In this document: positions 46,570 through 57,283 of the stretch, piece by piece
Layout: the number at the start of each line of letters is the position of its first letter
Position numbering within the stretch: position 1 is the first letter of the stretch
DNA from: Calditrichales bacterium
GTDB lineage: Bacteria; Calditrichota; Calditrichia; Calditrichales; J004
DNA length: 64,000 bases
Direction of reading: 5' to 3'
Assembly: GCA_965267575.1 (NCBI GenBank)
Contig: OZ254086.1
Location: 1,568,001-1,632,000 of the forward strand
The notes under the pieces: model-generated
What the model was told of the DNA's origin: nothing
Seen by the model: only the letters and a program-made list of their open reading frames with translations
Databases searched by the model: none
Program-made: the position numbers and the translations under genes

Positions 46570-47352
46570 ATGAAAAAGTTAGCGGTTATGGGAAAATTAA
46601 TAAAAACAAAAGCCCTGGTAATGGGTGCCATCAGATGGAAGGAATCTTCAAAGATTGTAACCCTGTACACGCGCGAATTTGGCAAACAGAAAATTATTGC
46701 CCGTGGCGCCTATCGCAAAAACAGCCCGCTTGCCGGCATTCTGGAAACAATGAATTATGTGGAAGTGGTACTGGATTTTAAGAGCAGCAGGGAACTCAAT
46801 TTGCTGCGTGAGATCAACCTTGAAAGCGGGTTCAACAAGCTACGTTCTCAATTTGATGCGTTTATGTACGGCATGGCGCTTCTGGAAATTATCAATCAGG
46901 TTTTTGAAGAAAATGATTCCGACAGCCTGTTTTTTGACTTCACAATCACGCAACTCGACCAGCTCGAGCAGCTAAAACAGCCGCAGGTGGGAGCTACTTA
47001 TTTTTTGCTTAAACTATTATCTTTCCTGGGCTTTAAACCGCAATTGGCCGATTGTCAATCGGGTGATACACAATTATGTGCCGAATACGTACACCTTAGT
47101 ATGGAGAGCGGCGATGTATATTGCAGCCAATGCGGTCTTCGCGGAGACAGTTATGTCACTTTATCAAAGGCTGAATATATTTGGCTCCGAGACTTACAAA
47201 ACGCCCATCACCGCCGAATATACCAATGGGAGTCTCTGCAATCTTTTTGCCCGAATGTAATAGGAAGGCTTATTAAATATTTGAATTATCATTTGCAACA
47301 TACGGTACATATCGAATCTTTGTCACTGACAGAAGATGGACAAATAGCTTAA
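46570..47352 (+). CDS. recO: DNA repair protein RecO
   Basis: WKESSKIVTLYTREFGKQKIIARGA OB fold, GFKPQLADC...CSQC zinc motif; lies upstream of GlyRS as is typical. Confidence 0.88.
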   Translation: MKKLAVMGKLIKTKALVMGAIRWKESSKIVTLYTREFGKQKIIARGAYRKNSPLAGILETMNYVEVVLDFKSSRELNLLREINLESGFNKLRSQFDAFMYGMALLEIINQVFEENDSDSLFFDFTITQLDQLEQLKQPQVGATYFLLKLLSFLGFKPQLADCQSGDTQLCAEYVHLSMESGDVYCSQCGLRGDSYVTLSKAEYIWLRDLQNAHHRRIYQWESLQSFCPNVIGRLIKYLNYHLQHTVHIESLSLTEDGQIA

Positions 47353-47443
47353 ATATAGCATTGAGTAGGAAAATGATTAGTGCTTTTTTATTATTTGTCA
47401 TAAATTATGCGGCTGAATATTTAGTGCATAAAGGAGGAATTTA

Positions 47444-48907
47444 GTGGCGCAAAAATCAGCCAACGGACTAATGGACAAAATTGTATCTCTTGCAAAGCGC
47501 AGGGGTTTCATTTTTCAAAGCAGTGAAATTTACGGCGGGATAAACTCCTGCTATGATTACGGCCCTCTCGGCGTAGAGCTGAAGCAAAATATTAAAGAGC
47601 TGTGGTGGAAGGCCATGGTTTATGAACGTGAGGATGTCGAAGGTGTCGATGCCAGCATTCTGATGCACCCTCGCGTTTGGGAAGCCAGCGGACACGTGGA
47701 GGGATTCTCGGATCCGATGATCGACTGTAAAGAAAGCAAGGCGCGCTACCGCCAGGACAAGCTTTTTGTTTACCTGCCCGAAAACGGGGCTAAAAACGAG
47801 TTGCTTTATGCCTACCCGGACGGGCAACCTGATTATATAGCAAAAAAACTCAAAAAAGAGGGAATCGATCCGAGCCAATTAAAAAGCGTGCCTCTGTCGG
47901 AAATAGATCCCTCGGAGTATGGTCGTGTGGTGGGCCCGGATGTAAAGACGCCCGGTACACTCACCGAACCTCGGCTGTTTAATTTAATGTTTAAAACATT
48001 TATGGGGCCCGTTGAAAGCGCGGCCAATATTGTCTATTTACGTCCCGAAACCGCGCAGGGCATTTTTGTGAATTTTCACAATGTACGCGAAGCTTCCCGC
48101 CAGAAGCTTCCGTTTGGTATTGCCCAGATCGGCAAAGCATTTCGTAACGAGATCACACCGGGCAATTTTACATTCCGTACGCGCGAGTTTGAGCAAATGG
48201 AAATGCAATTTTTTGTGCGTCCCGGAGAAGATGAGAAGTGGTTTGAATACTGGAAGGAAAAACGCAAATCGTGGTATAAGCGCATCGGCCTGAAAGAGTC
48301 GAAGTTGCGCTTTCATGCGCACGGTCCGGATGAGCTGGCCCATTATGCCAAGGCTGCATTTGATATTGAGTATGAATTTCCTTTTGAATGGCAGGAAATC
48401 GAAGGCATTCATAACCGTACGGATTTTGATTTGTCGCGCCACGCTGAATACAGCGGCAAAGACATGCGCTATTTTGATCCCGAAACGCAGGAAAAGTTCA
48501 TACCCTATGTTATTGAAACATCTATCGGCTGCGACCGGACGGTGTTAACCTGCATTATTGACGCATATGAAGAAGAGGAAGACAGAGTAGTGCTAAAATT
48601 TGCACCGGCGGTGGCACCTTTTAAGGCGGCGGTTTTTCCGCTGGTCAAAAAAGATGGTATGCCCGAGATTGCGCGCAACATTATCACAGACTTGCGCGGC
48701 GATTATCGCGTATTTTACGATGAAAGCGGTTCCGTCGGTCGTCGTTACAGGCGGCAGGATGAAGCGGGAACGCCTTTCTGCATTACTGTGGACAGCGAAA
48801 CGCTAGAAAATGGCTCCGTTACAATCCGTCACCGCGACACGATGGAACAGTTGCGCGTAGACAAGAGCCAAATTAAGAAATACCTGGACGATCAATTAAA
48901 AGTCTGA
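47444..48907 (+). CDS. glyQS: Glycine--tRNA ligase (homodimeric alpha2 type)
   Basis: [51 protein letters not shown]. Confidence 0.96.
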   Translation: MAQKSANGLMDKIVSLAKRRGFIFQSSEIYGGINSCYDYGPLGVELKQNIKELWWKAMVYEREDVEGVDASILMHPRVWEASGHVEGFSDPMIDCKESKARYRQDKLFVYLPENGAKNELLYAYPDGQPDYIAKKLKKEGIDPSQLKSVPLSEIDPSEYGRVVGPDVKTPGTLTEPRLFNLMFKTFMGPVESAANIVYLRPETAQGIFVNFHNVREASRQKLPFGIAQIGKAFRNEITPGNFTFRTREFEQMEMQFFVRPGEDEKWFEYWKEKRKSWYKRIGLKESKLRFHAHGPDELAHYAKAAFDIEYEFPFEWQEIEGIHNRTDFDLSRHAEYSGKDMRYFDPETQEKFIPYVIETSIGCDRTVLTCIIDAYEEEEDRVVLKFAPAVAPFKAAVFPLVKKDGMPEIARNIITDLRGDYRVFYDESGSVGRRYRRQDEAGTPFCITVDSETLENGSVTIRHRDTMEQLRVDKSQIKKYLDDQLKV

Positions 48908-48916
48908 CGAGGAATA

Positions 48917-50050
48917 GTGTCACACTCAAAAGCTGAGCAAAAGAACAGTACTCTTTTTGTCCGTGAGGTGAAAATTGTTACGGTTCTTTCAGTTATATCT
49001 TTAGCGTTGCTTGCGGTTGAAATAAACATTCTACCCACCCTTGATGGTCTTGAACCAATTATGGTGGTTAATGTTGGCCTTTATTATATAATAGTTTTTC
49101 TGATTTGGAGATCAGCCAAGCTTTCATTAGCTAACAAAACTGTTTCTAAATTCTTTCTATTTGAGTTTGTCGTAATAGCAGTTTATTCATCTTTCGGGCT
49201 TATAGTATTTTCTCCGCTTACCCTGGATATATACATTATTTCATTTAATTTGAATTTTCTGATTGTGCCAGCAATCCTATTGATGACAACAACTTATATC
49301 TTTTTTTACTCATTAACGCCAAAGCTTCCAAGAAAGAATATAATATATATATCCATTTTTATTTCTATACTTGTTACGGTGTTGGTCAATCTAAATATTA
49401 ATATTTCCAATGATCTCTTCCAGCATAACTTTGACACCGACAGCTTACCAAATAAAATTACCGAAAACGCCTATTATGTTCATCTAATAAACCTGTCGTT
49501 TTTGATTTTTATTTGGGTGACTTATCACCAGGGAAATTACATATTGTCTGAATATTTACCTTCCGTTATTAGCATGCATACGCTTATGATTATGAACGAA
49601 ATATATCAATTATATAATATTAATAATCTCATTGATAACTTTGTATCTGCCCAATATTTTAACATGTTGCTAAATATCGGTTTTTTAAGTGTGTGGGTTA
49701 TTCGCTTGCGCTATATTTCGGACCCCACTAATAAAAAGAACGAGCATTATGTTCTAAATTATGATCTTTTGCGAGATTTTGTTAATAAGCCTAAAAACAA
49801 CTTATTGGAGATCGTCTTAAAAAAATGGGGCCGGATGCGCGTTTATACTGTTTCTATATTTCTGTTTACAATTATCAGTATACCTCTCCTTTTTTTGGGC
49901 AATTTAAATCATTTTATGCGTATTAACATGTTGTTGCTTGTATTTTTCTGGATGGGTGGTATGGTATACGCAGTCTACTACACGCAGAAGCGATGGCTAA
50001 AACAGATTCGCTTTATGATCAACAAACCCAAAAAAAGAGCAGAATCTTAA
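48917..50050 (+). CDS. AT-rich polytopic membrane protein, unknown function
   Basis: About 9-10 hydrophobic segments; SD GAGGA, GTG start; directly upstream of a soluble hybrid kinase. Confidence 0.7.
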   Translation: MSHSKAEQKNSTLFVREVKIVTVLSVISLALLAVEINILPTLDGLEPIMVVNVGLYYIIVFLIWRSAKLSLANKTVSKFFLFEFVVIAVYSSFGLIVFSPLTLDIYIISFNLNFLIVPAILLMTTTYIFFYSLTPKLPRKNIIYISIFISILVTVLVNLNINISNDLFQHNFDTDSLPNKITENAYYVHLINLSFLIFIWVTYHQGNYILSEYLPSVISMHTLMIMNEIYQLYNINNLIDNFVSAQYFNMLLNIGFLSVWVIRLRYISDPTNKKNEHYVLNYDLLRDFVNKPKNNLLEIVLKKWGRMRVYTVSIFLFTIISIPLLFLGNLNHFMRINMLLLVFFWMGGMVYAVYYTQKRWLKQIRFMINKPKKRAES

Positions 50051-50068
50051 TCCCCCGGGAGTTCTTAA

Positions 50069-51562
50069 ATGGAGAACCGTTTATCAGAATTAATTGATGA
50101 GCTACACGATGGGTTTTGTTCGATTCGTATGGATGGTGAACTCGTTTATGCGAACCAAAGCGCACACAAGCTTTTAAAAATTTCGGATACGGATAATTAC
50201 AATTTTTTCGAAGACTTTGTCCGCGACAAAAAGCTGATTTCTGAGTTAAAGGAAAACATAACTAAACGGCTTTCCATCAAGGATGTGGAATGCGATCTCT
50301 TTAATAGTGAAAAGCACAATTTCCCCGTTATCTTAACGGCAAACCCGATCCGCGATATTGACGGCGACACCATCGGTATGGCCCTTTTGTTTAAGGATAT
50401 GAGCACACTGGCGGCGATGCATGCGCAACTGGTGCAGGCACAGAAGATGGAAAGCGTGGGTATGCTTACCGCCGGCATTGCGCATGAATTTAACAATATC
50501 TTAGCGGGCATTATCCCCAATGCCGAACTCATCAAAATGACCATTGAAGCGGAAAACCCCAATTATACCCGCGCCGATTCAATACATAAATCCGCCCAAC
50601 GCGCCGCCAGTTTTATAAAGCAGCTGCTGAGTTTTGCCCGCAACGATGATGTTAAAGAAAACATTTCTCTTAATCTGGCACAAACGGTTTCTGAGACGCT
50701 GGAAATAATGGGCAAATTGTTCGGCAAGGAGATTACTGTTGAAAATGAATTGCCGGTATCCCTGCCGCCTATCAAAGCAGATCCCACTCGCGTGCAACAG
50801 ATTATTATGAATCTGGCGATTAATGCCCGGGATGCTATCCAGAACAGCGGTACGATTACATTTACCGCAGAAGCCGTTGCCCTGCAAAATGAAGCTGAGA
50901 ACGGTCTGCAACCCGGACGATACGTCAAATTAAGCATTGAGGATACGGGCAAGGGCATTGAAAAACACAATCTGGATAAGATATTTAATCCCTTTTTTAC
51001 CACAAAGGAGCCGGGCAAAGGAACAGGACTGGGACTTTCCGTTGTGTATGGAATCGTTAAAAATCTAAAGGGCCATATTACTGTCCATTCTGTTGCAAAC
51101 CAGGGAACGCGTTTTGATGTTTTTCTGCCCGTATCAGAATACGCGCCTCAAGGTGAAACCGAGCAACCCTATGTGGATACGCGAAAACGCAACAAGACAA
51201 TCCTGATTGTTGAAGATGAAAAAGTTATCCGTGAAATGGCCAAGGATATGTTGAGCTATCTTGGGTTTGAAACAATCGCAGTACAAGATGCGATCGAAGC
51301 GCTGGAGGTTTATCGCAGGCAACAGGTGGACATTGATATGGTTCTGCTTGACCTGATTATGCCACGCATGAATGGCGTAACCTGCCTGCATAAAATGCGC
51401 GAGATAAACCCGGAAGTACAGGTGGTTATTACGTCGGGCGTTGGCGAAGTAAATAAGCGCGATGATATGTTAAGAATAGGCGCTGTCGATTACATTGAAA
51501 AACCTTACAGCATCAAGGCTTTCGACGAATTGTTTAGCAGGATAATCAGCAGCGCCCAATAA
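50069..51562 (+). CDS. PAS-domain hybrid histidine kinase with receiver domain (CckA-like architecture)
   Basis: PAS, QAQKMESVG..IAHEFNN, NLAINARDA, DTGKG, FFTTK, GTGLGL, REC with EDE, LDLIMP, KPY. Confidence 0.93.
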   Translation: MENRLSELIDELHDGFCSIRMDGELVYANQSAHKLLKISDTDNYNFFEDFVRDKKLISELKENITKRLSIKDVECDLFNSEKHNFPVILTANPIRDIDGDTIGMALLFKDMSTLAAMHAQLVQAQKMESVGMLTAGIAHEFNNILAGIIPNAELIKMTIEAENPNYTRADSIHKSAQRAASFIKQLLSFARNDDVKENISLNLAQTVSETLEIMGKLFGKEITVENELPVSLPPIKADPTRVQQIIMNLAINARDAIQNSGTITFTAEAVALQNEAENGLQPGRYVKLSIEDTGKGIEKHNLDKIFNPFFTTKEPGKGTGLGLSVVYGIVKNLKGHITVHSVANQGTRFDVFLPVSEYAPQGETEQPYVDTRKRNKTILIVEDEKVIREMAKDMLSYLGFETIAVQDAIEALEVYRRQQVDIDMVLLDLIMPRMNGVTCLHKMREINPEVQVVITSGVGEVNKRDDMLRIGAVDYIEKPYSIKAFDELFSRIISSAQ

Positions 51563-51564
51563 TT

Positions 51565-52689
51565 TTACTTATAAAAGCCTTCCAGACAATCTAAAATGTA
51601 TTCTTTTTGTTCCGCTGTCAGCTCCGGATAAATAGGAATTGCAATGGTTTCATCCGCTGCTTTTTCCGCAACCGGAAACTCCCCCTTCTTATAGCCCAGA
51701 TACTTAAAGCATTGTTGATTATTGAACGTTACCGGGTAGTATACCTCACAGCCGACATTTTTTTCCTTTAGATATTGTAGCAGCTCATCCCTGCGTGGTA
51801 CACGTAATACATACTGATTGTAAATGTGCCGATAACCCGGCTTGCTGTAAGGCGTTGTTATTATGCCGTCCAGACCTCGTTCCTTAATACCGGCTGAATA
51901 GTATTCCGCATTTTTCTGACGGCCTTTTGTCCACTCATCCAGGTACTTTAGTTTTATGTCCAGCACCACGGCCTGCAAGGCATCCAGACGAAAATTTCCG
52001 CCTATCATGGCGTGATAGTATTTAGGGTTGGCGCCATGGTTGCGCAGGTAGGTCATTTTGTCAAAAAGCTCTTTGCTTTCTGTTGTTACCAGGCCGCCAT
52101 CGCCAAAGCCACCCAAATTTTTGCTGGGGAAGAAAGAGAAACAGCCAATCGTGCCAAATGTACCCGCTCTTTGGCCCTTGTTGTCTTCGGTGCCAATGGC
52201 CTGGGCCGCATCTTCAATAACGTGCAGATTGTGCTTTTCAGCGATCCGCATTATAGCTTCCATGTCCGCTAACTGCCCGTAGAGGTGAACAGGAATGATC
52301 GCCTTTGTTCTGGGTGTTATGGCGTCTTCAATTTTAGCAGGGTCTATGTTATAGGTGTCTGCTTTGATATCTACAAAAACGGGCTTTGCATTCAGCCGCG
52401 AAACACAGCCGGCCGTCGCAAAAAACGAATAAACCGGTACAATAACCTCATCATCCGGTTGAATATCGAGAGCCATCAGTGCCTGTAACAATGCATCGGT
52501 GCCCGAAGAAACGCCAAGGGCGTAAGTGCTGCCGCAATAGCCGGCAATGTTGCATTCGAATTCACCGACCCGTGGTCCCATAATAAAATACTGGGAATCC
52601 ATAACCTCTTTCACTGCTGGTTCGATCTCAGCGCGCAGCTTTTCATATTGCGCCTTTAGGTCTAACAGCGGTACTGTAATGTTATCCAT
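51565..52689 (-). CDS. DegT/DnrJ/EryC1/StrS NDP-sugar aminotransferase
   Basis: SGTDAL, FFATA, PVHLYG, EDAAQA, SFFPSKNLG. Confidence 0.94.
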   Translation of the reverse strand: MDNITVPLLDLKAQYEKLRAEIEPAVKEVMDSQYFIMGPRVGEFECNIAGYCGSTYALGVSSGTDALLQALMALDIQPDDEVIVPVYSFFATAGCVSRLNAKPVFVDIKADTYNIDPAKIEDAITPRTKAIIPVHLYGQLADMEAIMRIAEKHNLHVIEDAAQAIGTEDNKGQRAGTFGTIGCFSFFPSKNLGGFGDGGLVTTESKELFDKMTYLRNHGANPKYYHAMIGGNFRLDALQAVVLDIKLKYLDEWTKGRQKNAEYYSAGIKERGLDGIITTPYSKPGYRHIYNQYVLRVPRRDELLQYLKEKNVGCEVYYPVTFNNQQCFKYLGYKKGEFPVAEKAADETIAIPIYPELTAEQKEYILDCLEGFYK

Positions 52690-52715
52690 GTGCTAAATAT
52701 CCTTATTTGTTAGAT

Positions 52716-53669
52716 TTATTTGCCCTTTTTTAATTCATGCAGAATATTAAGAAATATTCCTGCCAATTTATTGTATTTTCTTATTTCAAAATATGGTACC
52801 TGCCTGGCGCCAAATGAGCGGAAGAAACGTTCTATTGGTTCGATCATGCTACCCTCAAAGTCAAAAACTTTTCCGTTATCAAAAGCGAAGCGAATAGCCT
52901 CCCACATAATAAGTGAACCTGCACCACTTGATCTAAACTTACTGTCACTGCCTCCCATCAAATAGTACACAGTTGTTTTGTCCCAAACAAGATATATACC
53001 GGCGTGATAATTTCCCTGCGCATCTTTGGCCAACAGGATACGCCGTACATTTTCCTTTAGGCATGCGGCATCGAGATTTAAAAAATCCTCTTTGGAATAG
53101 GGCATCTCTTTGCCCTGGCGCGCGAACGTTTTTGAGTTTAACCTGTAAAACAATTCAGGATCGTCGGATTCGCTAATATACAGACTCTTGGAAGCTTTTT
53201 TTATCTGTCTGCGAATACTTTCCTTAACGTTTTGTAATGCCTCTTCCTCCTTTTGCGGTTCCAGCCTGTAGGTATACCTGGTTGTTTGCCGATACCCGGC
53301 CCAATACCAGGGCAGCCAATTTGTCACCGCGGGACTAAACGAGACATTGAATTTGTGAAAATCCGGTAATTCCGTCCTCAATTCCGTCGTAAGTTTTTGT
53401 TCGTAGCTTAGTCGATTATAATAGTTTTGCTCTTTGGGATATATTATAAGCGGTCCAAGATAGGGGGTAAACGGCGGTTTAACGATCGATCTGATCAGGC
53501 TCTTTTCTTTAAAGTTAACCGGAAAAAGAAGGCCAGGTTCGTTACCGTGATTTATAACTATTGCACGCCACTTTTCTCCGCAAACTGCATCCAACCACCA
53601 AGGTTGAAAAAAGATTGGAGCAGAATCCAGACTGGCGATTGTTTTTGCGTAAAGTTCTTTGCTATGCAT
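52716..53669 (-). CDS. GNAT/FemAB-like acyltransferase of a glycan locus
   Basis: IFFQPWWLDAV, TPYLG, TRYTY, YYLMGG, FDFEGS..EPIERFFRSFGA. Confidence 0.8.
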   Translation of the reverse strand: MHSKELYAKTIASLDSAPIFFQPWWLDAVCGEKWRAIVINHGNEPGLLFPVNFKEKSLIRSIVKPPFTPYLGPLIIYPKEQNYYNRLSYEQKLTTELRTELPDFHKFNVSFSPAVTNWLPWYWAGYRQTTRYTYRLEPQKEEEALQNVKESIRRQIKKASKSLYISESDDPELFYRLNSKTFARQGKEMPYSKEDFLNLDAACLKENVRRILLAKDAQGNYHAGIYLVWDKTTVYYLMGGSDSKFRSSGAGSLIMWEAIRFAFDNGKVFDFEGSMIEPIERFFRSFGARQVPYFEIRKYNKLAGIFLNILHELKKGK

Positions 53670-54612
53670 AATAGTCTTGCATTTTTACCAAAGCATTTTC
53701 AAGCATCTGTTTTTCTTCAGTCTTTTTGTTTTTGATTTCCTTTTCGCCGATTAAAATTGGTTTGGCTGAATGACGCTTTATCGGTTGTATCCGCAAAATT
53801 CCCCAAACATTATTTATTTCTTTTTCCGGTCTTTCCTTAAAGTTTTCAAACCGGATTTCCGCATGATGCTTAAAGCGTGTTATATCGCGTTCAACATGTT
53901 TTTCAATCGCCAGTATTTGGCCGATAATCTGCTCAGGCCATGGTCTGTCTTGCAGGTCTTGATATTCCGGTGGAACTACCGACCACCATTTTTGCGGATC
54001 GTTATTTGCCTTAAGCCGCGCTTCACGGATAGAGAGCGCTGTGTCAATAATATTGCGTTTAATACGGATAATTTTAGCATCAGGCCAAACCTTTGCAATT
54101 GCTTGCAGTCGCAATGTAGTCATCAAATTTTTAAAGACTAGGGGCTGCTGATAGCGCAGGAAAGCCTGGCCAATAGCACAATTTAACGCATTTGCCAAAT
54201 CCGTTTCTATTTCCGTAATAAGGTTCGCGCTACCGGTACTGTTTTTTGGGAACCACTTGTACCAAAGTCTTCCGCTTTCGCTGGGTGCGTGTAATCCGCA
54301 TTGCTGCGTGTTGCCTAAATTACTTTTGTAGCAGTTATGCGGCTTGTCGTTAAAAAAAATTCTGCTTAAAGCCGATCCAATACGGGGATTACGATAAAAC
54401 ATATCAACCAGATTATCTACATAAATAACCTTATAAATATTTGTAATGTATTGATAAATCAATGTAGAGCCACTTCTGGGTGGTCCGACAAGAAATATAA
54501 TATTTTTCCCGTTGTCCGTTGTTTCCGGCTTTTTCAATAGCGCCTTTTCGATGACGCTTAAGAAAGGGCTGCCGTATTTTGCGAAAAGATGTAATGGATA
54601 TGAGATGTCCAC
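53662..54612 (-). CDS. PAPS-dependent sulfotransferase
   Basis: 5'-PSB motif FLVGPPRSGSTL; 3'-PB motif IKRNIIDTALS. Confidence 0.88.
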   Translation of the reverse strand: MDISYPLHLFAKYGSPFLSVIEKALLKKPETTDNGKNIIFLVGPPRSGSTLIYQYITNIYKVIYVDNLVDMFYRNPRIGSALSRIFFNDKPHNCYKSNLGNTQQCGLHAPSESGRLWYKWFPKNSTGSANLITEIETDLANALNCAIGQAFLRYQQPLVFKNLMTTLRLQAIAKVWPDAKIIRIKRNIIDTALSIREARLKANNDPQKWWSVVPPEYQDLQDRPWPEQIIGQILAIEKHVERDITRFKHHAEIRFENFKERPEKEINNVWGILRIQPIKRHSAKPILIGEKEIKNKKTEEKQMLENALVKMQDYYA

Positions 54613-55890
54613 TTAGGTCGTTACTCCAAACTTGGCTCGTATATTTCTATTCAGCAAATAAAGAATCAACAAATAATAACCACCCGCTGTGACCGAAAAG
54701 GCGCTTAACATTAAAATTACGTTATCCTGAAATAGATACATAGCACCGAAGCGTACAGCAAGAGAAATCAGGGTTAGAATAAATAATGACTCCTGTTTAT
54801 CGATAACCGAAAATGTCTGACTAATGGGAGAGGCAATGAATTGTGCAAGCAGGAAAAATGTCATTATCTGCATATACAAAGCGCTTTGGCTCCATTCCGC
54901 CTCCAAAAGTATATCCACGGCCAAAGGTGCAAAAAGTAATATACCAATCGCTGGAAGCAGACCGACTTTACCTAGTTTTTTTATAGATGATATGAAGAAT
55001 GAATGCAATTTTTCCGCACTCTTGTTATAAGCGTCGCTTGCTGATTTAATATAAACCTGTGAAACAGAGCGACTAACCATGCGGAACGGTGTGGCGGCGA
55101 ATTTATTTGCCATCATATACAAACCAACCACTGCTTCATTAAAAAAAGCACTAAACATAAAAACAGGCAACTGCATGGCGAAGGTATTTACGAAAACGCT
55201 CGGGGTATTGATAAACGCGAATTTGCGATATTGCCAGTAAATTCGTCCCAGGTCATTAAACCAGCCAGACATGTTTTTTGGGCTGGTTCCCTTGAGGCCG
55301 AAGAAACAAACTGCGACGAATCCGCAAATTTGAGCAATTATCAGAAAAGTGGCGTTGCGCCCCCAAATGAGTCCAAGCGCCAATGCCGAAAGTTGTATCA
55401 ATAGAGCCTGTACAACTCGCAAGACAGAAAGCCGTGAAAATTTTTTATCCCGAATTAATATGTATTGGACAATCTGCCACAGACCCATAAAAAAAACACC
55501 CAGGATGACATAATAGAGGTAATCATAAAGCAATTCCGCGCTCAGCAGGCGAAAAACCTCATGTCCGAAAAATAAAAAGACCACACTGCACAGCAGAGTG
55601 AATAAGATCAGATTCAAAAAAGCCACAAGAGTGATTTTGTCTGCCTCTTCCTGGCTGGTAGGTATGACAATAGCCAGCTCATAGCGCAAAGATCCCACGA
55701 CGCTCAGGCTGGTGGCTGTTGATAAAAAAAGCTGAAGATTACCAAAGTCACTTTTTGTAAAAATGCGTGTTAGCACGGGCAGTGCTATTAATGTAATTAC
55801 CTGAGCCGCCAGTGAGCCGGTAAAAATATCCAGAACGTTCTTGTTAAATTCCGAGCCATACAGGCGCTTTTTTAAGCTTCTAAGATCCAT
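54613..55890 (-). CDS. wzx: Wzx-type oligosaccharide flippase
   Basis: GSLAAQVI...PVLTRIF..DFG, LRYELAI, about 12 TMs. Confidence 0.88.
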   Translation of the reverse strand: MDLRSLKKRLYGSEFNKNVLDIFTGSLAAQVITLIALPVLTRIFTKSDFGNLQLFLSTATSLSVVGSLRYELAIVIPTSQEEADKITLVAFLNLILFTLLCSVVFLFFGHEVFRLLSAELLYDYLYYVILGVFFMGLWQIVQYILIRDKKFSRLSVLRVVQALLIQLSALALGLIWGRNATFLIIAQICGFVAVCFFGLKGTSPKNMSGWFNDLGRIYWQYRKFAFINTPSVFVNTFAMQLPVFMFSAFFNEAVVGLYMMANKFAATPFRMVSRSVSQVYIKSASDAYNKSAEKLHSFFISSIKKLGKVGLLPAIGILLFAPLAVDILLEAEWSQSALYMQIMTFFLLAQFIASPISQTFSVIDKQESLFILTLISLAVRFGAMYLFQDNVILMLSAFSVTAGGYYLLILYLLNRNIRAKFGVTT

Positions 55891-57283
55891 GAACCTGTCT
55901 GGAATCTTTGTCTGGAAAGTGTACTTTTTGATCCCGGCTCCGGATTTCCTTGAGAAATGCACCAGGCAAAATGGATTTGACGTTGCACTCCGTCAGCCGG
56001 GCCAGAATATCTTTATAGAGCTTTGTTACCCCGGGATATTCTTCTTCTTCAAAAAAGCTGTTATGCCACAAAAGCACGAAAAGACCTGAATATTTTTCAC
56101 AAATCTCTACCATGTTTTTAACGGCTTTATAGGCACCCCTTGCATCCAGATTCATATAATCGAAAAGCGTTCTGTCCATAAGGCACAACGGATATTCCCA
56201 AACGTCTATAATGCGCCCTTTTTCCAAATCGTAAGGCTTAAACGGCAGGCAGTAGCCGTTTCGCCAGCCGATCATATCCGCAAAGCCCCAGCTTGAGTCA
56301 TATTTAAGACCCACGCGTTCATGTATCCGCAGCGTATCGGGATATTTAAAGCTGAGCCAGTGCTGTCTGACGCCTTGTATCGATTGCGGCGCATAGCCGT
56401 CGAGCTCTTCGTAATTGGCTTGCAATATATGTCTGTTTTTGCGTGAGGCATATGTACTGTGCAAACCTATTTCATCCCCGGATTCGGTTATGAATTGCAT
56501 CAACTCGGTTATTCTTTTTTCGCTGAAGCGATATTTTGCGTCGATTTTCTTGTCTCCTGCCGGCAGGAAAAACCAGGTGGAGCGCAGATCATACTTTTTG
56601 CCCAGGCCTTTTAGCCAGCGAAAATTCCAGTAGCTATTATTTTTGCCTGTTATATAGTTATGCGCAGCTTCGAGAATGCCGGGCAGATGACGCGCTTTTT
56701 TCTCCTTTATCAAAGACAGAGTAGCCATTTTAATGCGGCCGATTGTCCATTTGTCAACGCGATCCACGTCGTGGGTTAGCATTACACCCATATCACAATC
56801 CTGCCAGAGGCTTCTTTTCCTGAAGGGGATTCCATGTATTTTACAAAATTTGAAGCATGCTTTTTCGAGGATAGAAAACCATTGGCTAACAACGGGATAA
56901 GCCATTTTGTAAAACCGGCTTTGTATACTGTCTGAAAATTTAAACCGCTTGAGACGATCGCCCTTGTAAGGAAGGGTTTCCTGGTATCCGGATAGCAGGT
57001 AAAAGGCGGCCTTAAAGATATCATGCTTAAATATAATGTTTCCCGATTTGTCAAATACGTACCACTCTTTTGATGGAGAACACGGGAAAAGAACCGGCGT
57101 GTCGTTAATGGTAAATTCCTTATCGGGTCCGCCGTTTGAAGGTGGCATAAAAATAGCGGGGCCGGATAAAGGTTTGTCGTCGCCATAACTTAAATGACGT
57201 GCCAGAGAGCTAATTTCAAAGTGATTCATGTGCAGGTGATAGAGAATGTATTCTACCTGATCGTTGTTTAGTGCCTGTTCCAT
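55880..57283 (-). CDS. Polysaccharide deacetylase (CE4/NodB-like) with N-terminal accessory domain
   Basis: LTHDVD, EIGLHSTY, RQHWL, YDSS, LLWHN motifs; TGATG overlap with the upstream gene. Confidence 0.85.
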   Translation of the reverse strand: MEQALNNDQVEYILYHLHMNHFEISSLARHLSYGDDKPLSGPAIFMPPSNGGPDKEFTINDTPVLFPCSPSKEWYVFDKSGNIIFKHDIFKAAFYLLSGYQETLPYKGDRLKRFKFSDSIQSRFYKMAYPVVSQWFSILEKACFKFCKIHGIPFRKRSLWQDCDMGVMLTHDVDRVDKWTIGRIKMATLSLIKEKKARHLPGILEAAHNYITGKNNSYWNFRWLKGLGKKYDLRSTWFFLPAGDKKIDAKYRFSEKRITELMQFITESGDEIGLHSTYASRKNRHILQANYEELDGYAPQSIQGVRQHWLSFKYPDTLRIHERVGLKYDSSWGFADMIGWRNGYCLPFKPYDLEKGRIIDVWEYPLCLMDRTLFDYMNLDARGAYKAVKNMVEICEKYSGLFVLLWHNSFFEEEEYPGVTKLYKDILARLTECNVKSILPGAFLKEIRSRDQKVHFPDKDSRQVHGS

